Source: Nitrososphaeraceae archaeon (lineage in GTDB: Archaea > Thermoproteota > Nitrososphaeria > Nitrososphaerales > Nitrososphaeraceae). From it: a stretch of DNA of 24,445 bases. Of this stretch, positions 1 through 7,403 are shown in pieces (positions within the stretch are counted from its first letter, which is position 1; each line of letters begins with the position of its first letter). Both the position numbers and the translations under genes were made by a program. The stretch covers positions 1 to 24,445 of the forward strand of contig JBIOZG010000007.1 of the NCBI GenBank assembly GCA_044870765.1, in the 5' to 3' direction. Below the pieces are notes generated by a model that saw only the letters and a program-made list of their open reading frames with translations, did no database searches and had not been told where the DNA came from.

Positions 1-127
1 CGCAGCAATCCAATGTTTCAGAGGCTCCAATTGATACCACGCAGCAATCCAATGTTTCAGAGGCTCCAATTGATACCACGCAGCAATCCAATGTTTCAGA
101 GGCTCCAATTGATACCACGCAGCAATC
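1..127 (+). repeat. Perfect 39-bp coding tandem repeat, at least 3.25 copies, truncated by the window edge
   Basis: cgcagcaatccaatgtttcagaggctccaattgatacca at 1-39, 40-78 and 79-117, partial copy at 118-127; no spacers. Confidence 0.97.
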
Positions 128-488
128 AAAGTTGCTTGTCGCGATTTTGCCACTAAAAAATCCAGTGGCAAGAGGTGATAGCCAAAACGCAACAATAATT
201 GTTACCAATTCGCATAATAGGCCAATAGCCAATGCGCAAATTGATGGAAAATTAATTTATCCCGGAAATAATTTTGAGAAGGAATTTAAAGGAATCACGG
301 ATTTAGACGGGAAATTTGTATATTCCTGGACCGTCGGCAAGAAGGGCGACATAGGACCACTCGTCATGGAGGTAAAAGCGTCAAGTCAAGGATACCCACC
401 GGCATCGGCCAATACTTCAATTGAATTGGTAAAATCAGGCGAATCCTCCCAAATTGAAAATCCATTCCAAAGCCTCCAGAGACCTTGA
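3..488 (+). CDS. 5'-truncated probable surface/secreted protein: 13-aa repeats (QQSNVSEAPIDTT) followed by a beta-rich, Ig-like C-terminal domain
   Basis: The frame of track ORF 132..488 is open back to the window start. The repeat region translates as QQSNVSEAPIDTT x3. The C-terminal part (ATIIVTNS..PIANAQIDGKLIY..GITDLDGKFVYSWTVG) looks like an Ig-like beta-sandwich. Confidence 0.7.
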   Translation, partial: QQSNVSEAPIDTTQQSNVSEAPIDTTQQSNVSEAPIDTTQQSKLLVAILPLKNPVARGDSQNATIIVTNSHNRPIANAQIDGKLIYPGNNFEKEFKGITDLDGKFVYSWTVGKKGDIGPLVMEVKASSQGYPPASANTSIELVKSGESSQIENPFQSLQRP

Positions 489-593
489 TGTGATGTGAAA
501 ACAAAAACCACAAATCTGACCAAGACATCAGCATCTGTTAAAACTTGGTCTCTTCACATTCTATTTCTTTATAATTAGATTATTTTTATTAGA

Positions 594-669
594 AGAATTC
601 TGGATTGGATTTTATATCAAAGTTTGTAGTATCGAAATAAAAAAGGTTGAAGAATATAATATAAAATAA
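594..669 (+). pseudogene. Frameshifted gene remnant (RILDWILYQ/VCSIEIKKVEEYNIK*)
   Basis: Aligns at DNA and protein level with 1101..1175. One extra A near 621 breaks the frame, and there is no start codon. Confidence 0.55.
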
Positions 670-733
670 AAAAATGTTTGCTCTGATGCACAAATGCATA
701 CACTAATAAATAATTGATATTGGGTAGAATAAG

Positions 734-1045
734 ATGGAATGCATAAAGTGTGGCGCAAAAATGGATTCACTTCAAGTACCTTTATGTGAAGAATGTGAAA
801 AGGCTGACATGACCGCAAAATCAAATGATGCTAAAGTAATCCTCGATCTTCATATTAAGTCTCAAAAGGAACTTAAACTGCTACCTGATGATTTCAAAAT
901 ATCGGATAGTGGTAGAGAGGTTGCTATAAAAATAATACGTGAGCTAATAGCGCTTGGTAAATCCAGTGAAACAGTCGCTAGTACAGTATTTGGCTTTTGT
1001 TACGGCTATTTATGCCATCAGAGAGAGCAAGAGCCACATGTTTGA
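734..1045 (+). CDS. Hypothetical protein with N-terminal Zn-ribbon (CxxC-x11-CxxC)
   Basis: 103-aa ATG ORF starting MECIKCGAKMDSLQVPLCEECEK, with an AT-rich promoter-like region upstream. Confidence 0.7.
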   Translation: MECIKCGAKMDSLQVPLCEECEKADMTAKSNDAKVILDLHIKSQKELKLLPDDFKISDSGREVAIKIIRELIALGKSSETVASTVFGFCYGYLCHQREQEPHV

Positions 1046-1175
1046 AAATAATAATAAAAAAAATTTCATAATAGAAAAGGATCCATTAGACAGTGAATTA
1101 ATGATTTTGGATTGGATTTTATATCCAGTTTGTAGTAACAAAATAAAAGAATTGAAAAAATACATTTTTAATTGA
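1038..1175 (+). pseudogene. Short ORF or gene remnant ending LDSELMILDWILYPVCSNKIKELKKYIFN
   Basis: In-frame ATG at 1038 within track ORF 954..1175; paralogous to the remnant at 594..669. Confidence 0.45.
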
Positions 1176-1459
1176 ATAATTTATTTTTCATGGTCTTAAG
1201 TGCATATCAAGTCTCCAAATTATAATACCGTGGTTGGTTTGACATAATCATTATAAACTTTGTACCGATTTTCTAAGTGTAAACTATTATTTTGTGTATG
1301 TTATTGACTTTACAATTTCCTCGAAAGTTTTGAGAACAGAGTCATAGACAGAGGTATCTGAATTTAAGGTTATTTGAACTAATCAAATTCTTCTAATTTG
1401 GAAAGTTGCACAGACTAAAATTAAAACTTTAAATAAAATTCAACCATTCTTAATTTTAC

Positions 1460-1618
1460 TTAGTCGGTTATTTGTTTGTGGCCATTATCTAATTTATTAG
1501 GTATATACGCCACAAATTGAGTAAGTTGACAAGTAGCCCCGGTAGAGAGTGCACTACGAGATGTACATTTAAGTGTACGGCTATCAATGACTAGTTGTGG
1601 GTCAGAAACGGGGTACAT
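1460..1618 (-). CDS. Alternative small ORF, 52 aa (MYPVSDPQLVIDSRTLKCTSRSALSTGATCQLTQFVAYIPNKLDNGHKQITD); candidate YcaO substrate
   Basis: ATG at 1618 preceded by AGGAAG. Lies 58 bp downstream of, and co-oriented with, the NHLP-like gene. Exactly antisense and codon-aligned with the 25-aa + strand ORF. Confidence 0.3.
   Translation of the reverse strand: MYPVSDPQLVIDSRTLKCTSRSALSTGATCQLTQFVAYIPNKLDNGHKQITD
1517..1594 (+). CDS. Candidate Cys/Thr-rich RiPP-like peptide, 25 aa (MSKLTSSPGRECTTRCTFKCTAIND)
   Basis: TTG start, TAG stop. Three Cys-Thr pairs at 4-residue spacing use different synonymous codons (tgc act / tgt aca / tgt acg). TATA-like TTTATTA at 1493-1499. Confidence 0.4.
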   Translation: MSKLTSSPGRECTTRCTFKCTAIND

Positions 1619-1676
1619 TTATCTTCCTACTAACTGATTAACCTAAATTTCTTGAATGAATCTAATCCACTCTAAT

Positions 1677-1853
1677 CTAAATTTTCAGTTCATTAAAAAA
1701 TTTCAAAACTAGAATTTTTGCATTATCTGTTACATCATATTTCTCCAAGGTTTTTTTAGGGTTTTTAAAAAATTCTATTCTAAACTCAGGGTCCGAATGG
1801 GCCAAATGAACAATATCACTTAAGGCCTTTGAATCGTTAGCAGTATATTCCAA
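1677..1853 (-). CDS. NHLP-clan (nitrile hydratase leader peptide-like) small protein, 58 aa, no evident core peptide
   Basis: Hand translation: MEYTANDSKALSDIVHLAHSDPEFRIEFFKNPKKTLEKYDVTDNAKILVLKFFNELKI*. The A-x-x-DPEFR-x2-FF-x-NP-x3-L-x2-Y pattern matches the NHLP-leader signature. Divergent from ycaO across 76 bp; shorter than any ORF in the track. Confidence 0.75.
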   Translation of the reverse strand: MEYTANDSKALSDIVHLAHSDPEFRIEFFKNPKKTLEKYDVTDNAKILVLKFFNELKI

Positions 1854-1929
1854 GTTATCTATCTATGTTATTTTCCGGTATTTCTAACTTTAGTAAAATT
1901 GATATTGATACCTAATATTCAAATCTGCT
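1854..1929. promoter_or_regulatory. Probable bidirectional promoter between the NHLP-like gene and ycaO
   Basis: 76-bp gap with a central AT-rich TTTAGTAAAA (1889-1898) lying about 30-40 bp from both start codons. Confidence 0.4.
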
Positions 1930-3252
1930 ATGGAGCTTGAGCCAATATTGCTCAGAAGCCAGATGAAATTGAAAGGTAAAGTATCATCCAGAACAAAATC
2001 AGTAGAGGAGACTCTAAGTACCATCCTTCCAGTTTCTCGAGATATTGGAATAACACGTCTTGCAGATATAACGGATATGGATGTTCTAGGGATACCGAAT
2101 TTTTCAGCTGTTTTGCCTGGTACCGAGGATTATATTTGGGTTTATAGTGGAAAGGGTTCTACTAAGTTGGATGCAATGGCAAGCGCATTGATGGAAAGTG
2201 TTGAGAGATATAGTTCCCTGCCATCTAATAATCAAAAAAATATGATTCAAGGATCTTTCAAGGACGTTTCAAAAATGTCAAACACGCTTTATCCTACTAG
2301 TGTAGTTGAACCAACGTTATTTGAATACGATGAAGAGATGATTATGGATTTCCTACCCGGTTACGATTTGATACAAAATGAGCAGATTCTAATCCCTGCT
2401 CCCCTCGCATTATTTAGGTACACTCCAATACCCCCAGCAGTAAATCCATTTGCATATCATCATACTAATGGTCTTGCCTCAGGGAACGTGTTAGAGGAGG
2501 CGATTTGTCATTCACTATGTGAAGTTATTGAGAGAGATGCCACGAGTCTGGCAGAATTAAATTCAAGTGCATTACCATATAGTATTCTAAGATCAATAAC
2601 AAAATATTTGTCAGACAATGGAATACAAATAAATCCTGTAGATGGTAAAGAATTCGTAGATAACGATTTCAATTATCCCGATGTTGAAATTTCAAATATT
2701 GATTTTAAACCTGTCGCAGACCTGGCAAGGAAATTTAATGATGCAAATATACCACTTATAATTAAGGACATTACGTCGCCTATTGGAGTACCAACATTTA
2801 ATGCAAGTAGTATTGAATGGATTACTGAAGATTATGGATATCTTGCAGAAGGTCATGGAACCCATCCTGATGCAAGAATAGCTTTGTTGAGAGCAATCAC
2901 CGAAGTTTCACAAACTCGTGCCGCAAATATTCAGGGGGCAAGAGATGATCTCCGAAAAATCTCCTATGGCAACAGCAATAGTGATGAAAAAAAGACGTGG
3001 CAATTCATGAAATCAAAAAATTGTGTTCAATTCTCAGAAATAAAATCTTATGTTTATGATGACATTTTGGATGATATTAAATTTATTCTTTCAAGGTTAA
3101 CTTCAATCGGCTTAAACCAGGTAATAGTAGTTGATCTCACAAATCCTAAAATTATGATCCCTGTTGTTAGAACAATAGTACCTGGGCTTGAAACATTCAA
3201 GATAACCAAAGCCGTCATCGGAAAAAGAGGCAGGGAATTGTACAGAATATGA
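1930..3252 (+). CDS. ycaO: YcaO-family enzyme, TfuA-associated (thioamide-forming class)
   Basis: Motifs GKG..ASALMESVERYS, TNGLASGN..EEA..SLCEVIERDA and AITEVSQTRAANIQGARDDL. No Pro-rich PxP C-terminus of azoline-forming YcaOs. Overlaps tfuA by ATGA. Confidence 0.95.
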   Translation: MELEPILLRSQMKLKGKVSSRTKSVEETLSTILPVSRDIGITRLADITDMDVLGIPNFSAVLPGTEDYIWVYSGKGSTKLDAMASALMESVERYSSLPSNNQKNMIQGSFKDVSKMSNTLYPTSVVEPTLFEYDEEMIMDFLPGYDLIQNEQILIPAPLALFRYTPIPPAVNPFAYHHTNGLASGNVLEEAICHSLCEVIERDATSLAELNSSALPYSILRSITKYLSDNGIQINPVDGKEFVDNDFNYPDVEISNIDFKPVADLARKFNDANIPLIIKDITSPIGVPTFNASSIEWITEDYGYLAEGHGTHPDARIALLRAITEVSQTRAANIQGARDDLRKISYGNSNSDEKKTWQFMKSKNCVQFSEIKSYVYDDILDDIKFILSRLTSIGLNQVIVVDLTNPKIMIPVVRTIVPGLETFKITKAVIGKRGRELYRI

Positions 3253-3908
3253 ATCAACCAATAGTATTTCTCGGGCCTACTCTAGGTAGAGAAGAGGCAA
3301 TTAAGATATTAGATGCAGAATATCGAGATCCTGCAAAGAAAGGTGATTTTTTGAGATTATCGCAGGCAACTGATGAAAGAAAATCTATAGGATTTATAGA
3401 TGGAGTATTCTTGCACGATTATCCGCCATCGCCTATTGAAGTATACCATCTAGCCACAAGAAAAAACATCGAACTAATTGGCGCGTCCAGTCTAGGCGCA
3501 TTAAGAGCAGTGGAATTAGAAAAATTTGGAATGAAAGGAATCGGCAAGATTTTTCAATTGTACAAGAATGGTACCATAAATGCTGACGATGAAGTAGCAG
3601 TTACTTTTGTCCGAGATAAAAACATCCTCCAGTCGGAGGCCATGATCGACATTCGGTTCAATCTTTTTTTGGCGTATAAAAAGGGAATTATCCGCAGAGA
3701 ATCCAAAATAATGCTTGCAAAGGTCGCAAAGAATATTTATTTTCCATACCGAAATTATGAAGATATCATAAAGCTGACCCAACAGCGATTTCCATCAATT
3801 CATGACGAAGTTGAAAAGTTTAGATCTTATATTATGAAAAATAGAGACAGCCTAAAAGCTCGTGATGCAATAAAACTCTTGAAATATCTGAAAACTACAA
3901 CGGAATAA
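3249..3908 (+). CDS. tfuA: TfuA-like protein
   Basis: VFLGPTL, PAKKGD, IDGVF, GASSLGALRAVEL..FGMKGIG and DDEVAV motifs; translationally coupled to ycaO. Confidence 0.95.
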   Translation: MNQPIVFLGPTLGREEAIKILDAEYRDPAKKGDFLRLSQATDERKSIGFIDGVFLHDYPPSPIEVYHLATRKNIELIGASSLGALRAVELEKFGMKGIGKIFQLYKNGTINADDEVAVTFVRDKNILQSEAMIDIRFNLFLAYKKGIIRRESKIMLAKVAKNIYFPYRNYEDIIKLTQQRFPSIHDEVEKFRSYIMKNRDSLKARDAIKLLKYLKTTTE

Positions 3909-3946
3909 ATATGTGAAATAAGTTGGTTTGCAGAAAATAAATATCA

Positions 3947-4801
3947 TTATTCTGCTGAGAGATCCCAGAAATTCGCGTCCTTAAATTCTTCAATGGGTTT
4001 CCCTAATTTTTTCCATTCTTTAAATGATCTTGAGTATAATCTTATTTTTTTAACTCCACCCATTCTCAGTGCATAGTATGCAAGTCCTGACAGCGTTCCA
4101 ACACTTCCACAGTATGTGATAATCTCGTCATCTGCTGAGATCCCTCTGTTTTCCATAAATCTCTTGATTTCTTGAGGCTCCCTCAATATAGAATCAGCTG
4201 TTCCTAACATTGTATACGGTAAATTAGTAGCACCTGGAATATGCTCGCTCAAAAAATTTAGGCGTTCTCTTGAATCTACTAAAATCTTATTTTGTTCACT
4301 TTTTACCTTCTCTACCTCATCGTAACTAGCAAATATTTCGTCATTTACTTTGAGCGAATGCTTAGCGGGTGCAAATACATTAACTTTTTTTTCTGTTTCA
4401 AATCCATAACTTTTCCATTTGGTAAAAGTTGTTTCGAGTAAGGAAGTGTTCGAATGCCCTACATACTGAAATGTCCATGCAACTCTCGCAGCAAGGGCGC
4501 CAAAAGTATCATCATAAACTACAACCGGAGTTTTATCGGAAATTCCTAACTGTTCTAAAAGATGAACGATTCTTTCTGGAGAATCATTTTCAAGCACTTT
4601 TGCAAGTGGAAGAGACACTGCCGTTTTGATATGTTCTCTTCTGTATTCATCCTCTTTCCTGACATCTACAACTCTTACTGAATTTTTCCTAATCAAAGTT
4701 CTAAGAATATCTGAACTTGTTACAACATCATGTGCGTTGCTGAGCTCATGATCCCTTGATAGAATATTTTTAGTTTTTTTTTCCCTAGTATTGTATTTCA
4801 A
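3947..4801 (-). CDS. Two-domain rhodanese / sulfurtransferase
   Basis: VVDVR..EY..EHI, VVVYDD and LVDSR..F..EHIPGA motifs, catalytic Cys in ITYCGSVGT. Start placed at TTG 4801, overlapping the upstream stop as TTGA (track starts at 4810). Confidence 0.9.
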   Translation of the reverse strand: MKYNTREKKTKNILSRDHELSNAHDVVTSSDILRTLIRKNSVRVVDVRKEDEYRREHIKTAVSLPLAKVLENDSPERIVHLLEQLGISDKTPVVVYDDTFGALAARVAWTFQYVGHSNTSLLETTFTKWKSYGFETEKKVNVFAPAKHSLKVNDEIFASYDEVEKVKSEQNKILVDSRERLNFLSEHIPGATNLPYTMLGTADSILREPQEIKRFMENRGISADDEIITYCGSVGTLSGLAYYALRMGGVKKIRLYSRSFKEWKKLGKPIEEFKDANFWDLSAE

Positions 4802-6627
4802 GCTGCACACTCTCCTTTTGCTGTTTTTGCACTAAATTTTATATCGTTACCATAGTCCATGTAGGCATCTGGATCCTCTTCGGCACTCGGTAATGAAATT
4901 ATCGACATCAAAACTGTTTTTATATCATCCAAATTCTTTATTTGACTTTTGACATTAACTGCACCATTAATCAGTTTACCTATCCACACCGAAAGAGATT
5001 CGTTTTCACTTCGTTCTTTTCTGTATATTTCAATTATTTTTGTCAAAGTAGGTATGACTCGTTTAGCTGGCACACGCATTACCGTTCTACCCAACAGCCC
5101 ATCTTCCCCGTCTCTACCTCCAAACATCATCGTATATGTTGGAGTCATAGTTCCCCCTATTCTTGATGCTCCTCCATAGAATCCGATAGTTGCAATTTCA
5201 TGCTGTCCACATGAATTTGGACATCCGCTTATTTTGATTGTTGAGTCCCTTAGATCATCCGCTGTATCCAATCCGAGTTCAATGAATTTCGATTGTATTT
5301 CTTTTGCGAGTCTGTGAGAATTGGTGATTGCTAGATTACAAGAAGTAGTACCAGAACATCCAACCGCTGACGACATTGTTAGTGCCCCGGGATTTGCAAG
5401 TCCAATTTTAGCAAGATCGTTGTAAAATTCTGGCAAGTCTTTGGCTTTAATGAACCGGATTGCAAAATTTTGATTCGGAGTATTTCTTGCACAACCTTCA
5501 CCAGAGTAATCACGAATAGTCTTTGCAAGCGACCGAAGCTGACTAGCCGTTATATCACCGGCGCCCAGAGTAATAAAGACAACAAAGTAACCATTTTGCT
5601 TCTGCGAGACAACATTTGTATGAAGCCATCTTTTATACGGGTCGCTATTAACATCCACTTTTTCATTAATTAGTGGTAATTTCTTACCATTGAGTAATTG
5701 CCTCATATTCTGCGGTTCCGTTTCCACTTTGTATCTACCTAGCGTCTCAAGTGAAACCGTCATCTCCACATTTGATCTTTCTTTAATCACCAATTTCTGG
5801 AATTTTTCCCAGCCCATTTCATTTACGAGGTATCTCATTCTATTTCTAGCCATATTTTCTCGATTCCCAAGTCTATCAAATAGCCTAACCACTGCCATAC
5901 ATGTTGATACTAGTCTAACTTCCGAAGTAAATTCTTCCAATTGGTGTCCTAAAAACGACGCCGCTCCAAGACCTCCTCCCAAGTAAATCTTGAATCCATT
6001 GTTTCCATCTTTTTTTGAGGGAATTAAACCGATATCTGCGATCCTAACTAAACCGTGTTGAGAGCAACATGAAAAGTTGATTTTGAATTTTCTTGGCAAA
6101 TTCTGGCATACTGGATTTCTGAGAAAGAATCGGGCGATTGCTTTTGCATAAGGAGTCGAATCAAATTCTTCGTCCAAACAGACCCCTGCAAATTGGCTAC
6201 ACATAACATTCCTGACTGTGTTTCCACAGGCTTCTCTTGTCGTGAGTCCTACCTCAACGAGACCACGCATTACCTCGCTTACATCTTCAAGCTGTACCCA
6301 GTGAAGTTGAATGTTTTGACGAGTCGAAACATGAGCAGAACCTATTGAAAATGCTTCTGACAGCGACGCAATCTTCTCTAATTGTTCCGGAGTCATTTCG
6401 CCGCTAGGTACCTTGATTCTTACCATGCTATAATTCTGCTGAAGACGGGATCCATATGCTCCGTGTTGAAGTCGAAAACGGCGAAAATCATCTTCGCTTA
6501 TCTTTCCCTTTCTAAAAAGTTTCACATTTTGACCAAAAATCTCAGTTTCTTCCTCTTTTCCCCACTTCGGGGTGGATTTTGGAGAAATTTGCTTTTTATC
6601 AGGATAATTTAGAACTTCTCTTTTCAA
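4798..6627 (-). CDS. sir: Ferredoxin-dependent sulfite/nitrite reductase (siroheme-[4Fe-4S]), probably the assimilatory sulfite reductase
   Basis: STRQNIQLH, ACGNTVRN and LPRKFK motifs; cluster ligands in GCSGTTSCNLA and SGCPNSCGQH. Coupling to a rhodanese favours a sulfur role. Confidence 0.88.
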   Translation of the reverse strand: MKREVLNYPDKKQISPKSTPKWGKEEETEIFGQNVKLFRKGKISEDDFRRFRLQHGAYGSRLQQNYSMVRIKVPSGEMTPEQLEKIASLSEAFSIGSAHVSTRQNIQLHWVQLEDVSEVMRGLVEVGLTTREACGNTVRNVMCSQFAGVCLDEEFDSTPYAKAIARFFLRNPVCQNLPRKFKINFSCCSQHGLVRIADIGLIPSKKDGNNGFKIYLGGGLGAASFLGHQLEEFTSEVRLVSTCMAVVRLFDRLGNRENMARNRMRYLVNEMGWEKFQKLVIKERSNVEMTVSLETLGRYKVETEPQNMRQLLNGKKLPLINEKVDVNSDPYKRWLHTNVVSQKQNGYFVVFITLGAGDITASQLRSLAKTIRDYSGEGCARNTPNQNFAIRFIKAKDLPEFYNDLAKIGLANPGALTMSSAVGCSGTTSCNLAITNSHRLAKEIQSKFIELGLDTADDLRDSTIKISGCPNSCGQHEIATIGFYGGASRIGGTMTPTYTMMFGGRDGEDGLLGRTVMRVPAKRVIPTLTKIIEIYRKERSENESLSVWIGKLINGAVNVKSQIKNLDDIKTVLMSIISLPSAEEDPDAYMDYGNDIKFSAKTAKGECAA

Positions 6628-6779
6628 TACTATATTAATTCATTTTTCAAAACCATATATTTTTTATGGATATAACTATTTTTGGCAATTTAGACGCATT
6701 AACCGGTAATTTACTCCGTTTTAAATATGCTCAACCAAACGATAAATTCAGTGTCCAAAAATTGCCCGATTGGAGAGAA

Positions 6780-6854
6780 TGGATGGGGAGAGATTTGAAC
6801 TCTCGACCACCTGTGTGTGAGACAGGTATCATAACCAGCCTAGACCACCCATCC
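6780..6854 (-). tRNA. tRNA-Val(CAC), intronless, CCA not encoded
   Basis: Acceptor stem GGATGGG/CCCATCC plus discriminator A; anticodon arm CCTGT-CTCACAC-ACAGG; T arm GAGAG-TTCAAAT-CTCTC. Confidence 0.97.
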
Positions 6855-6904
6855 CAAATTTTATTATTATTTTCCCAATTAATATCTTGATGAATATTTG
6901 ATCG

Positions 6905-6921
6905 AGGTAAGTCACTTACCT
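6905..6921. promoter_or_regulatory. Perfect 8-1-8 palindrome, possible protein-binding site
   Basis: AGGTAAGT-C-ACTTACCT, about 50 bp upstream of the tRNA gene. Confidence 0.4.
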
Positions 6922-7075
6922 GAATTGGTAATAAAGTAAAGTTAAAAATCATTTCAAAGAGATGTAGAAACCAAGATAGAATAGAACCAGAAAAAAATTA
7001 GGACCGTTATGAAGAAATTAAAAAAAGGAAATATTGTTACATTAATGGCAGAGTCAGTAAATAAATTATTAAAAA

Positions 7076-7115
7076 CTGATGGGCCAAGTCTTATCCAATC
7101 AAAATGGCCCATCAG
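7076..7115. repeat. Perfect 11-bp inverted repeat with 18-nt spacer
   Basis: CTGATGGGCCA (7076-7086) and TGGCCCATCAG (7105-7115). Confidence 0.85.
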
Positions 7116-7403
7116 GTGGTGTCAATTTTTGCTATGAGTAGTCCATCACAAGACATTGACAAAGGAGAAGAGTATGCACGATGTGAACCCTCCAATTTCA
7201 ATATCCGTGGTTGGTAATTTCCATATCTGAAATAGAATAATTAAGATTTCAGGATCTAATTTAAGCAATAGTTAAGAACTAGTGGGCTAAGATGGCAATG
7301 AATTACTGATCCACCAGAACTTGAAGCGCGGTTTACGTTATTTAGTCATGATAAATAAATTATAGAAAAGTAAAACCTTGTAGAAAACTTAACCTCAAGA
7401 CCC

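Noticed and set aside
1-127. CRISPR array
   Set aside because: Units are contiguous with no spacers, are a multiple of 3 in length, and lie in an open frame.
1532-1616. tRNA, THF riboswitch or hammerhead ribozyme
   Set aside because: No T-loop TTC motif or 7-nt anticodon loop, no CUGAnGA core, and only short coincidental matches (AGAGT, TTAAGTG) to the THF consensus.
1930-3908. Evidence of methanogenesis, or an azole-forming (TOMM) cluster
   Set aside because: No mcr genes or mtr operon in the window and the context is thaumarchaeal. The YcaO lacks a Pro-rich C-terminus, and no E1-like partner or SagB dehydrogenase is present.
7009-7217. Two overlapping tiny ORFs (MKKLKKGNIV..., MSSPSQDIDK...)
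   Set aside because: No motif or other support; ORFs of this size are expected by chance.
7294-7330. Fluoride riboswitch (GGCAATGA...)
   Set aside because: The complementary GCC strand and downstream pseudoknot elements are missing, and no crcB-type gene follows.
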